Source: Hyaloraphidium curvatum SAG 235-1 (lineage: Eukaryota > Fungi > Monoblepharomycota). From it: a DNA stretch of 64,000 nucleotides. Under the pieces are notes generated by a model. That model did not search any database and was not told where the DNA came from. It saw only the letters and a list, made by a program, of their open reading frames with translations. Shown here piece after piece: positions 34,700 through 47,385 of this stretch. Made by a program: the position numbers and the translations under genes. Positions within the stretch are counted from its first letter, which is position 1; the number at the start of each line of letters is the position of its first letter. The stretch covers positions 558,001 to 622,000 of the forward strand of contig JAIVFI010000021.1 in NCBI GenBank assembly GCA_025558095.1, written 5' to 3'.

Positions 34700-37600
34700 C
34701 GGACAGCGGAAACGTAAGGTGGACGAGGACCAGGACGTGCAGAGAGCTGCTGCGATGGACGTGGACGAGAATGTCGCCGACGAGAATGGCGCTGGTGGTG
34801 GGTATTCAAGCAAGCCGATCGCAGCCTTCCCGTCACCAGCCTTCGCTCCCCGTTCTCCCTCGGCACCCCGCCCCGTCAGCCCGGTCACCAAACGCCGTCG
34901 GAACGCGATCAGCCCCCGGCACCGGCCCCCTGGGTGCATCGTCCGCGGCGCCGCAGCCGCCACACGCGCAACGCACCTTTGCCGACATTGTCGAGCACGG
35001 CACCGCCAATGCTCCCACGAGGCTGTCCCGCACGGAGCGCCACGAATCAGAACTGCGGCGCAAGAAGCAGAGGACGCTCGACTCGCTCGACGACCGCCTC
35101 GCCCGCTGCGTCAATGACATCGCGCCCTACGTGGAAAGGAGGCTCCGGGAGCGCGACGCCGTCGAGGTTTCGCGTGCGATGGTCGCGGCGGCTCTGCAGT
35201 CGGCAGATACTACGGACGACGAGCTGGTGCGGGTGCTGCAGGCGCACATCCACGTGCTGGACGACGTCCGACAGGTCGAACCGTTGCCGGCGGTCGCTCT
35301 AGGGTTCCTCGCGATACCCGGGCTCGTCCGCACGCTGTGCCGAATGGTCGTTGACCCACACACGTTCGATTTCGAGCGGATGCCGGTCGTCGTCGGGAAG
35401 CTCAAGGACGGCGCGCCTTTCGGGGATGGTGCAGGCACGGAGGCGCCGCCCGCGTTTCCCCGTGCGGGCCGGCCGTGGCCGGGCATGGATTCCGACGCCT
35501 TTGCCAAGCAGATCACACAGCAGGAGCCCGAGATCGCAAGCCTTGCTGAACTCTGGGACTTTGAGCTCGTGGACCGCTCGCAAGCACCTGTGAGGTGAGA
35601 GGTTGCCGAAGCCAATAGAATGCATGGCTCTGACCGCCATGACTCTGCTCCGCCAGATCGGATTCGTCGGCGCCCCAGTTCAAAGGATACCTTCGAACGC
35701 GGACGGTTGCGGCCGAGCAACACATGAAGGAGATGCAGCGCTACGCCTCCCGTTATGTCGCGGATGCGCCCTGGGCTGTTTGCTCGTTCAAGGACGCCGA
35801 GGCTGTCGCCGCCGCCGCTGGAGACGGCATTCACGCTCCGTTCACGACCACATACGCCGGAGTGGTGTACAAGAGCGACAAGAGCCCCGCGGACAGGCTT
35901 GTGGAAGCAGCTGCGAAGGACGGAAGCTGCCGGTACACCAACCTCGTCGTGTGCCAGGCCGTCCCACCGGGCACGGAGTCGGGCGCCGCGCAAGCGGAAG
36001 CTGCTGATGCCGCTGGAGACGATGTCGCGGACGACGGGGAACGCGGTTCAGACGAGGAAGATCTTGAACCCGGCGAGGACTTTGACGGTCAGGGAGATCT
36101 GGAAGAGGACGAGGGGGGCATGGACATCGATGCTTTGGCCGCAGCCGCGGGCTGGGTTGCCAACGCCTTCTTCGTGCTCGAGCTGTGGGCAGATCCGAGC
36201 ACCCAGGCCGACTTCTTCCTCAAGCACTCCATCTTTTCCTTCCTGGAGCGGCTATCCGTCGCTGTAGGCGGCTACCAGTCTGCCAACTCGGACGTCGGGG
36301 GATTTTTGCCCGCATGGCGTCTCCGTCCCGAGGTGGCCGAGGTCGGACGCCGGCTCCAGGACGCGCGGCAGGAAGCCCCCTTGGCTACCGACCCTCAGCC
36401 CGGACCTGACCATCCGATGGTGCGGGCTTTGGACGACCTGTTCGGCGACTCGGGTGCGGGTTTCTATGCTGCTTTTGGCTCGTTGGGTTCAAAGGTCCCT
36501 CGTCCTACCGTGGACATTTACCGACGGCAGCTCACCGAGCCCATTGCCACGGTACACGGGATTCAGGTCGGGATGGTTGCCGCCAAGGACGTCACGGCAC
36601 GTGCTCAGGCGAATGCAGGGTCTTTCTATAGCCCTTTTGAGGGTCGTGGGCCGAGGATCACCAGCGCGGCATTGCTACGTGGTCTTCGCCGTCAAGCCGA
36701 CGGCGCTTCCGTCGCAGAACGCCTTCTGTGCCTCTACCAGTCCCTGAAGAAGCTGCTCCCGCCCTTCGTGGACCTGATCCTGATAACCATTCTGTGCCGC
36801 CGCAAGGACAAGCTGTACCTTGCATTTCGGTTCTTTGCAAGGGTTCTGAAGATCCTTCGGCCGCTCGCGCTTCTGTCAGTCAGTTCGCTGACCACAACTG
36901 TGTTGGTCAACGGCTGTTTCGGCCAGGATTTGGACGCCCTGAACGACTCTGAAGCGTCGCTTGAGTGCCAGAAGAGGCGCTTCGCCGCGGCAGGAGAACG
37001 AATTGAGCTTGCTGGCAGTCTACTTGTGTGCCGGATTGGACATGGTCAAGGAGAGCTCACAGTCACTGTTCCTGTTGGCCATGGAGGCGCCCTATCTCAC
37101 GATCCGACTTTCGGACCCATCCTCTACAACCTGAACGAGCTCATTGTCGAGGAGTTCCAGGAGCTGACATATTTCCTCCACGAATGTCTTTTGCTGCCCG
37201 AGGTACGTGCGGCCGTTCCTCGCAAGAGGCTGTCTGGAGCTGACAGGCTCCTTTCACCTGCAGTCTCCCTTCCCTGAGCTGCTCAAAGCTCCCGACTCGA
37301 GATACAAAGCTCTGCTGCATCTGCGCGATTGCTTCGCAGACGCAGCTTTGGATGACGGGCTCTGTCGACTCCTCCAGGGCATCAAGGCCGAGGCCATCGA
37401 CGCGTTCCACTGCATTCGAGGCGCCCGCATGTGCTCGGCGTCCGCGAGGAAAGCGGGCCGCCGGGCGGACGTCGCGGCTCTCTTTGCTCTGGCGGCCGGA
37501 GACGCTCGTTCCGCGACTTGCTACGTGACATCCGGCGAATCCGTTGCGGTGGTGGCTTCACAGCCAGTCGCGGCGGTCTCTCGGCGGCCGCTCGATTTGA

Positions 37601-39039
37601 ACCGCCTCCTACACTTCCAACCTGACCGCTACCTGTCTTCTTGCGACGTTGCTGCAGTCGCAACTCTGCCTCCGCTCCCTCCGGGACAGAAGCTCGTGCA
37701 GCCTCTAACGGCCCAGGGACCGCGAAACTCCCCGGAGAGGGATCTGCAAGTACTCGTCTTGCGCCACCTTGCGGCTACCAGCGAGCTGCACCTGGCCCGC
37801 CAGAATGGGAATTCCTCGCCGATGGCGTGGCTCGTGCGACCCAAGGCCGCCCTCGACCCGTGGTCCCTCGGACCCGCAACGCACGTCGATCCCTTTAGCG
37901 TCGACTTTGCGGAGTTTATCAAGGGGGTTACACCCGGCGCAGCTTTTGCTAAGGCTGTCGGGGGTTGGAAGTGGGATTCGCGGCCTTCGGACGGCGTGGG
38001 CGATCGCACTGCAAGTTCGTTCGAGCGAACCCTAGCCGTTGGCATGACGGCCAAGCGGGTGGCCGGCAACCCTGCATGGGTGTCGAATTTCGTCTGGGAC
38101 AGCTTGATTGCGATGACGGCTCCTACCTACCCCAACGCCAAAGTACCTGATGCACTGCAGTATCGCTGGTGTGCCTGCCCGGCATGCTTGTTGTGCTTTT
38201 TGGACAACCGAGACGGCGGAGCACACCTCGCCAAGGACTGCTCTGCGGGCGGGCACAATGGCGCCGGCAACCGCGACTTTCCCAAACACTACTGCGTGTT
38301 TCCACACGATCTTCCTGAGCTCGAACAGCTCACCATTCCGGAAGCCTATCGGGACCGGCTCCGCATGCTCGCCGTCACCGACATCTTCCCAAATGGCTCT
38401 CCCGCGTTTGCAGGCCTCTCGGCCGAATTCCAGACCCTGGTTCGGACGTATGGAAGCCTTCGGATCCTTGCTCGTACCGTGGAGAGCGTCGGGAACGCAG
38501 CGGAGCGCCGGAAGGAGAACCAGGCATACCTGGAAAGGGCTGCACGGGACCGACTGCTGAAGGCATACCTCTACCTCGGCAGGCCTTCGGAAGTCCTGCA
38601 ACAACCCGAAGCGCTCAGGCGCAGCGGACCTTGTCCCATTGCTTCGACCCTGCGCACTCCAGGTCAGCTTGCCAACCCCCTGTGGCCGTTGGCAAACTCC
38701 GAGTGGCGTGGCACCAAGCGCATGAAATCCCTGTGCTACAGACTCGGAACGGGCGTCGGTATCGGATTGTATACGTGCGATGTGTCGGGCTGCACGGATC
38801 TGACCAAGAAGTACGTCTCTGGGTACCGGCTCGATTCGCAGTTCCAGCCCTACTGCAACAAAGGGCACCGAAAGACGACGATCAGGACCAGCCAGCGTAT
38901 TCCCAACTTCTGGATGCTGGAACCCATCGTTCGGATCGAGTTGATGCGGATTTGGGCGAACCCGGCGGACCCTCTTCACGCCGATCTGGGCGTGAATCCG
39001 GAGGGCGACGAGGCATGGGATGTGGACGTGGACGAATGA
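34700..39039 (+). CDS. Large orphan protein (~1400-1500 aa): GIY-YIG-like, UDG-superfamily-like, CACPxC and CDxxxC..CxxxH Zn motifs, acidic Trp tail
   Basis: ORFs 34594..35598, 35724..37277 and 37207..39039 are joined in frame by introns 35595-35656 and 37203-37263. Motifs FKGYLR, TYAGVV..SPADRL, LERLSVAVGGYQSANSDVGG, IQVGMVAAKD, VLKILRPLALLSVSS, VPVGHGGALSHDP, WCACPAC, YTCDVSGC, YCNKGH. The 5' exons are uncertain. Confidence 0.65.
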
Positions 39040-39753
39040 GTATCCTGGCGGGCCGGGAACGATCTCGGCGCCTCTCGCCCCGCTGCTCCAAGCTGCGACG
39101 GTCTCAGCCACATCGGGCATGTTTCGGCACTAGCTGGCCCGTGCGGTGCGGTCGGCTGCCCACGGGTCGCACGACAGGTTGATAGGCCTTCGCTGTGGCT
39201 AGCTTTCCGGGTGTGAATATACTTATTCGATGGGAGTATCGACTACCCGGACGACCTCGGCCTTTTTGGGTGGCAGCGGGATGGGTCGGGGAAGCGATCG
39301 GTGGTGCCTCCGGCCCTACCCGCGAGCTGGGCAACCTGACCGTTGTGTGCCATCGGCGCAAAGCGCCTCATTGTCTGCTTTTGCTTCAATATCGCCTCTA
39401 GCGGCGAGCGGAGATAGTCGGGGTTGTGGCCAGAGTGTGTCGGGGCACCGATCGGGCGCGCCTCCGGACCCAGCCGGCGCCTCGTGCCAGGAACATCCAA
39501 TGCAACCGACGTGAACGTCAAGAATTAACCTAAATCTTATTTGGAATCGAGCAATGGACGGAGCGCAAATAAAGCTTGAGCACGGGACCGCAAGCGTCAG
39601 TGCACGCCTGCGCGAAGGCCCTCCAAAGTTGCCATCGTGCCGAGAGGACCTTCAGTCGAATCTAGCATTCTTCCTTTCGACGGCACATCCACCGTTTTTG
39701 GAAGTAGAGAGTGACGAGCCCGCGCGTCGTGCACGCGTCCTCTATCGTCGAGT

Positions 39754-40540
39754 GAAAACACCCGTCCCAACAATCCGAGCCGACACCGTTCCGCTCGTAG
39801 CTGGACCGTGCAGTTTGACCGTGCAGGTTTCTTCCTTAGCTGGGCCAAATGCAGAGCCAAAGGACGCTCGGTCCTTCCACACCACCGCCGCGCAACGGAT
39901 TGCTCTTACGCCACCTACCAAAGAGGGATGCTGCAGTGCACACCGGCGGGCATAGTCTGCCAAGAGTTTGAGCCGAATTGAGTCGCCTGGCCCGTTGATG
40001 GCGCCCATTGGAGGCACTGGGGTGGTTCAGACAGGCAGACCGAGGAGGGGCCGTTTCGGATGCTCTCGTAACTGGGCCCTGCTGGGCGAAATCTTCGACC
40101 GCAGAACAGAAGTGGCGATGTATCAGAGTCATTTCGTGCGCGCCATCGGGCACTTCGGCCAGGATTCGCTTTGAGCTTGGGGAGATGCATCCCGACTCCA
40201 GCCATTCGGTGACTGTGCGCGTCCCGAAGAGACCGGCGCAAGTCGCCAAGAGGCTGCGAAATGGGGTCGGCATGCGTCATTTGCGACATTTCCATGCTTA
40301 AGCAGGCCCTTGCGACGGCCGTGCGCGGACTTGCGAAGCGCGCAACGCGTCGCACAAATGGAGAGGGCTGGTTCGGGGAACCTGTGCCCACAAGGCAGGG
40401 CATCCCATCGAGGCCGGCGGCGGTTGCCCGCGTTACTGGAAAGTGTTTTTGTGGTCATCACCAAGCATTTGCACTTTTTGGCACTCCCCCTGCGGCGCTG
40501 GGGTCGGTTTGGCGATCGCGGCAGGGTTTTGACTAGGTCG
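39754..40540 (+). repeat. Long direct repeat A, copy 2
   Basis: Aligns to 33240-34038 with substitutions and small indels. Confidence 0.9.
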
Positions 40541-40599
40541 TATCCAATCACCTTGATCACGCCTCCCTCTCTTACCGGGTTTCGCTCCGTCCCATGCTC

Positions 40600-40811
40600 G
40601 CACCCCGCCCCGTCAGCCCGGTCACCAAACGCCGTCGGAACGCGATCAGCCCCCGGCACCGGCCCCCTGGGTGCATCGTCCGCGGCGCCGCAGCCGCCAC
40701 ACGCGCAACGCACCTTTGCCGACATTGTCGAGCACGGCACCGCCAATGCTCCCAAGACGCTGTCCCGCGCCAAGCGCCGCGAATCGGAGCTGCGGCGCAA
40801 GAAGCAGAGGA
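40600..40811 (+). pseudogene. Copy of an internal 5' coding segment (34863-35074) of the 34.7-39.0 kb gene
   Basis: GCACCCCGCCCCGTCAGCCCGG...CGCAAGAAGCAGAGGA is near-identical to 34863-35074 and encodes HPAPSARSPNAVG..RRKKQR. Confidence 0.9.
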
Positions 40812-41636
40812 TGCGATCTATTAGATCGCCTCCTCGGGACGGGTTGCCCACTGCAGGATTCGGCCCTGACGGCCCGCGCTTTGCCCCGCCTAAGCGCCGC
40901 AATCCCGGCGCCGGTGTGAGGAAACTCGAATTTTGGGTCGTGGGTGGGACTGCTGCGGGTTTGGGGTGCGCCCTGATCGGCCGTCGCCTCAGTGCAACCG
41001 AACGGGGGGGCACTCCACGGACGGCCGTCGACGTTGATACAATCCGTGTTTCTTCATCCTGAGCCCAAGCGATGTATCGCGCGGTGTCAACAAGCAGCTT
41101 GAACGGCGTCGTGCACGGTGAACTGGCGGAAAGCCTTTGATCTGGAAGGGTCGGTGCATCGATCCCTCAATCACGTAAATCAGCCTTAGTCGTCGGGCGA
41201 CGCAGAGAGAGCAGAGCAGATCGGGTATCTACCCACATTGATCTGGCATTAGGGGATTATGAAGCGCGCGTGGAATGCTAACCGGGACACGGCTGAGGAT
41301 GAGCATCAATCGCTCCAACTGCAGCCTTCTGCTTCATACTGTTTCTAGCTCCCGCGTTCTCCCGCCGCGACATCGCATCCCCAGCCCATCCCGGCGCTAC
41401 CGCGTCCTGGGAAGGCGTCGATCGTTACCGGCGTGCCCCTCGCGGGGGAATGCGCGGTCTCATCGCTGTTTGCTTTTCATTAGGCGTAGAATCATGCTTT
41501 GTTTCACGCTTTAGACTATAAGCCGTCCGTTCTCTCTCGTCGCGTTCTTGGCTTTGTCAAGCAAGTCTGGCGGGAGGGTTCCGCGACAACACCCCACCCC
41601 CACCTCTGCACAGAACGGCCAGCACGGCAGTCAAAG

Positions 41637-42518
<882 letters not shown>

Positions 42519-42551
42519 GGTTAGGCCAGCTGTAAGAGCACCGAACCGCTT

Positions 42552-44708
42552 TCATTGCATAAGTCCATAAAGCGTACAACGGATGTGGTCCGTAACGGGT
42601 ACTCTCTCTCGAAAAGGCCGGGCACCATCCGGATAGACGAAAAGAACCTCCTGTTCTGGTAGCGGGGCACCGAAGCTGCCCGTGCTCGGTCCGCTCCGTC
42701 TTGCGAAGGCGAATGATGTTACGAAAGGGCGGAGATTAGGAGTTATCCTTACGGAGCTGCCGGCCTTCTCGTGTCAGTCCTTCACGAGCCGCACCCCCAG
42801 ACGCCGACCCACAGCAAATGCTGGCTTCCTCCGATCTGCAGCGAAGCCGTCGCGGCGGTCGCTTCGACGTCGTCCACTTCCCAGTTTTCGCCGCACCCCA
42901 GCCTCTCGGCCTCGCCCATCACGAGCCGCAGGAAGAAGCGGCGCACATGAGCCATGACGATGTCAAGCAACTGAGCGGGCACATCCGCGATCGGCGTGGT
43001 GATGCGGGTTTCATTTCCGTCCGCATGGAAGTCGCAAAACACCTGGTCGGGGGTTCGGAAAAAGAAAACTGTCTCGCCACTGAACGAGGTCAGCAAAACG
43101 GCCAAGGCGGGCATGGCAGAACTGACCTGCCAAAAGCCACCACGCGGATTCCAGGCTGGCCCGGCGCATACTCCATTGGTAACCGTGCCTCAAAGTCGCA
43201 ACCCAAAGCGCGTGCAGAGTTCCCAAAGGCGTCTAATGCATCTTGAACCCCTGAAAGAAGTGCAATCCCTCGCACCGAAGAGGAGAAACCTATGCCTCGT
43301 GAATCAGACCTCGCACTTATCTTCGACGCCGATGTGGTGGCGTACCCCCGGATGAGTCCTGCCCTTCGCCCCGGACCCTCCGATTTCCTGGGTTAAGCGA
43401 CGTCTGCTGCTCCTTGCGAAGCATCAAGCCAGCGAGGAGGGAAGACTTTTGCCGCTCTCGCCGGGAACGCCCTGGTCTCGCGTGCGGACGCAGTATCGAA
43501 GTCTGGCGAGAAGCGACGTTTATAGTTCCTTGTCTAGCCTGTCCGCGGGAGTCGAGCGTCGTAGCCAGGAAGCTGCCTCGCAAGACTTTCAGACTTACCC
43601 TTTGATTGGCTTCATTGTTGAAGAGCGTACGCTGGGCAATCTCGAGCTCGAGCTCATGAGAAGCAACAACACGTGCTGCGGAACACGGCTGACGGTGGGT
43701 TCCTCCGCCCGGCAAAAGAGCTCGGAGAGTCCCACGTTGGTTCTCCCAGATTTCCCAGGTTTCATCACCGTGAACATGGCGCGCCGAATCAAAATCAACA
43801 CCTGGATGTAGGGTCCCTGACCCTCGCGATGGTCCAGAATCGGCTGTTGCCCCCGCACGACGCCGCAGAGGAAGAGTATGTTTTGCCCCGAAGCCGTGCG
43901 CTGATCCTTCAGGCAACGACTATGAACCATTCTGGCGAAGCTAAGCCTAGTAGCCAACACATTCCCACCTCCAAATGCGTAATCAATATGGTAGGCGAAT
44001 TCTGGTTCCCCCTCTGTCCTCGCTGCCTGAGCCAGTGCGTGCCATCCACGGGCACGAAGCAATGCAAGAGCACCGGCATGCAGCATTTGCTCCTCAGCCA
44101 AAGCGAGGTTTAGAGAAGTTAGGACGGTCCGAAGAACGCCGGAGGCGTCTGTCAGGATCTGCTCATCGGGGAATAACTTGAATGGGTTCAGGACCGGGGC
44201 TGCCATCGCACCTGCCGCTTTGATTCCAGCGCGAACTGCAGCTCGCGTCCGCGTTCGCCGGAATGATCCGTGGTCGGCGCTGCGCCGGCTTCTGCGAGAG
44301 CGATCGCGGCCATTGCCCGCTCTTCCGGAACAGGGTCTGCCATAGAGCTTGCGTGAAGGAGGCGGTCAATGATCTCCAACAACAGCTTGTTCTCCTCTAG
44401 CGCATGGCTGGGTTCCGTTGCGGGTGCAACGTGGTCACGATGAGCTTCGGGTTGGATAGTACACGAGAGGTCGTACTAGACGTGGCTGCGGACCTCATCC
44501 GCCGTTGACAGAGACGAAATGGTTTGGTGGCCTCGTACTGCGCCGCCTAGGTCGCGCTTTCGCGATGACACGCGGTCAAGTTGGGGGGGGCACCCCGCCC
44601 GACCAAACCTACGCCGGAATCGATGTCGTGAGCCGCTTCGTTCGCGCTCCCAGACGATGGATCGGCGTCCAGTCGACGCGAGTCCAATGATAGCTTGACT
44701 GCTTCCAT
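42552..44708 (-). CDS. MED17: Probable Mediator subunit 17 (Srb4) homologue, multi-exon
   Basis: MEAVKLSLD start; ILTDASGVLRTVLTSLNLALAEE..LRARGW..YHIDYAFG and HELELEIAQRTLFNNE resemble conserved Med17 blocks as recalled. Not verified by search. Confidence 0.5.
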
Positions 44709-44867
44709 TGGTGCAGGACGACGATTTCAGGGACGATCGTCACGATCGCGCAGCGCACACGGTAGTGGGATCCGCGCTGCGCTGGTGCCCTAAACACGCG
44801 ATGCGCGCCCGATGCACTCATTAGCGTGTGACTGACCTGTGGTGAAACGCGATCGGTCTCGGCCTCC

Positions 44868-47189
44868 ATGCTTCCCGCGGCAGAGGATTTCGGGTTCGTC
44901 GACGCTGGTTCTTGCTCTGCACTCGGACGTCATCTCCGTTGCTTGGGGTCGGTTACAGAGCAAATCAGCTCGAGAATTTGATAGATGTTGCGACGGATCC
45001 TGCTCGATACGAGGCTGATTTGGGGCTATGCCTGGAGATATGTGATCTTGTGAACCAGAAGGGCGGACGATGGCGGGTTCGAGTTCCGCGACCTTGGACG
45101 CGTTTTTGGACTTATGCGACCCGCCTTCAGGCCTCGTGAGGCGGCGGTGGCGATTGTCCGAAGGGTCAACAGCCCCCACCAGCAGCAGGCGATTCTGGCA
45201 CTGACGGTGGAAGCCAATTCGATCGAACCTCTGCCCATGCTCACTTTTCGCTGGCGGACCTCAGCTTCTGGACTTTTGCGTCAAGAATTGCGGGTATCCG
45301 TTCCACCTGCAGATTTCCACGAAGGAGTTCTTGAACGAGCTCGTGCGCCGCTTCCCCGCGAATCCCCCCGTGGGTAGCTTTGCCGTGGACCGAGTGTCGC
45401 TAATGAGTTGTTGCACAGTCCGCCGTGAATCCAATTCAGTGGAAGATTCTGGAAAGCATACAGCAATGGAATGCCACTCTGGTCGAACACTCCCGTTACC
45501 GTTCGGATTTACGCCACATCAACGACATGTACAAGCTTCTTTCCTTCAAGGGTCTAAGCTTTGCGTCCGAGCGTGAAGTTGCCTTACTGACTGGTGCTTG
45601 TTCGCCTCAGGCTATCGGTTTCCTGGATTGAATGCGGAAGCTGCCGCGGTGCTCACGGAAAGCCAGGTGCTGAAAACGGAACAGGAAATGGAGGAAGAAG
45701 ATAGAAAAGCTCAGGAAGCGGTACATGCGCGCAGGAAAACTTGCAACTCGTGGCTCATTCTGGCTGTCCAGAAACTCCATGAACTCATTCGTCGCGGAAC
45801 ACCTGCCGATCTGGCACAAGCAAACGATCTCATGAAAACCCTGACGGGCTATGTGAGAGACATCTGCCTCCACCGGCCGTTGATTGGATCTTACTCGGAT
45901 ACACCGTCGCCAAACCGATGAAGGACATGGACCGCCGACCTGACTATAGAAAAAAGGTGGACGAAGAGTTGGACAGGGTGTCCGCAAAGGCCTCCGACTT
46001 GATCGAGAGGCTGTCCCTCGCGAAACCCGGGGCCCGGATGGATGCGACGGTGCAGGAGTTGTTTGTTGCGTGCAAGAGCGCGGCCAGCCGGGTTCAGAAG
46101 ATGATCACGGAAGCGGAGGAGAACGATTCACGACTCAGTGAGTTTCACCGCCTTCGTGGCTCTTCGACCCTGACCGAGAACAGATAAGCTCCTCGAGTTG
46201 AATGATCTCCTGAACACGGCGTTGGAATCGTACGATGCCATCAAGAACGGCAGGACGTCATCCGCTCTTCCATCGGCAACGGCGGGGCGCGTAGTGTCTC
46301 CGAGCACCGCTTCGCGCCGCGAACCCACCTTAATTGATTTCGACGCCGGTGACAATGGTGACATGTCTAGTGCCACCAGCCAGGTAACACCACCAGCAAG
46401 CCCGAGCAAACGTAAGCCGGGTGGGGCGGCCTTTTGGATCCAAAGTTCGAACTAAGCGGTCTGCAGAATCCACCAGCCTAATTGAGGACCTCGCGGGTTT
46501 GAATTTTTCGGATTCGTCTCGGCCCTGGGGTCTGGGAGGGGGTGTTGCGCTCGCAGCTGGGTCAGCAAAGCCAAGTGATCTTGATCTGTTCGACCAGACA
46601 AACTCGCTCTTGGCGTCATCCGGCGAAGGTCCCGCGCCAGCTTTTTCTGCTTTGGCGGGAAGAGACGGATCTGACAACCGCAACGTGCGCCCTGCTCCTG
46701 ACCCAGCCAAAGTGGCGCGTCACTTGGCCGCTGCCGGGAGCCCCGAAGGGCTCATATTCGACAAGAACGGATTGAAGATTCTCGCGGCCAAAGCAGGCGA
46801 ATCTGGGTCGACGGCGGACTATGTCCTACAGTTCTACAACGCTATCCCCGTGCCAATGGAGCGACTTGCCTTCCAGGCGGCGGTTCCAAAGGTAGACGTC
46901 TCGTGTGCCTCGCGAGCTGGGCCTGCTTGACCACATCCTTGCCAGGCCATGTCCCTCAAGCTAGACCCTGCGAGCGATTCGACGATACCCGGCAACAACA
47001 AGGAACCTTTGACGCAACGTTTGACCCTCGTTAATCAAACGACGGTAGGCTGCTGCGTCACACGTTCGGGATCGTGATAGACTGAAGCCACGATGCCAAT
47101 ACGATCAGGATGTTCCCAGACTACGGTTCAGGGTCGCGTACGAGATCGCGGGCACTTTGATCACGGAGGAGGGCGAATCTGCCTTGTAG
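44868..47189 (+). CDS. GGA: GGA clathrin adaptor (VHS-GAT-GAE)
   Basis: VHS: LENLIDVATDP..LCLEICDLVNQK..PREAAVAIVRRVN..LDFCVKNCGYPFHLQISTKEFLNELVRRFP. GAT: KLHELIRRGTPADLAQANDLMK. GAE: IFDKNGLKI..LAFQAAVPK..LRFRVAYE. Confidence 0.92.
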
Positions 47190-47385
47190 AGGGGGGCATA
47201 GACGCCACCGTCGTCGGACATCGATGATCGAGAGTTGAATCCGGTCGTTGCCGGCCTCCAATCTCCAATCTTTCGCGCGCAGTCCCGCCTGGCAATGCTT
47301 CAGGGCATGCAAATTGCTCGCCATTCTCGCCCATTTGACTTGGATTGATAGCGCTACGTGGTCGCCCGCGTCCTTTCCTGCCCTA

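Noticed and set aside
38032-39120. 362-aa minus-strand ORF (also 50215..51273 + and 58464..59456 -)
   Set aside because: Antisense shadows of better-supported genes on the opposite strand.
24996-40811. Calling the orphan genes Penelope-like, KDZ/Zisupton, Helitron or Crypton/Starship elements
   Set aside because: I could not see RT (YxDD) motifs, a KDZ or other DDE catalytic core, HUH/helicase motifs or a tyrosine-recombinase R-H-R-Y set in either protein.
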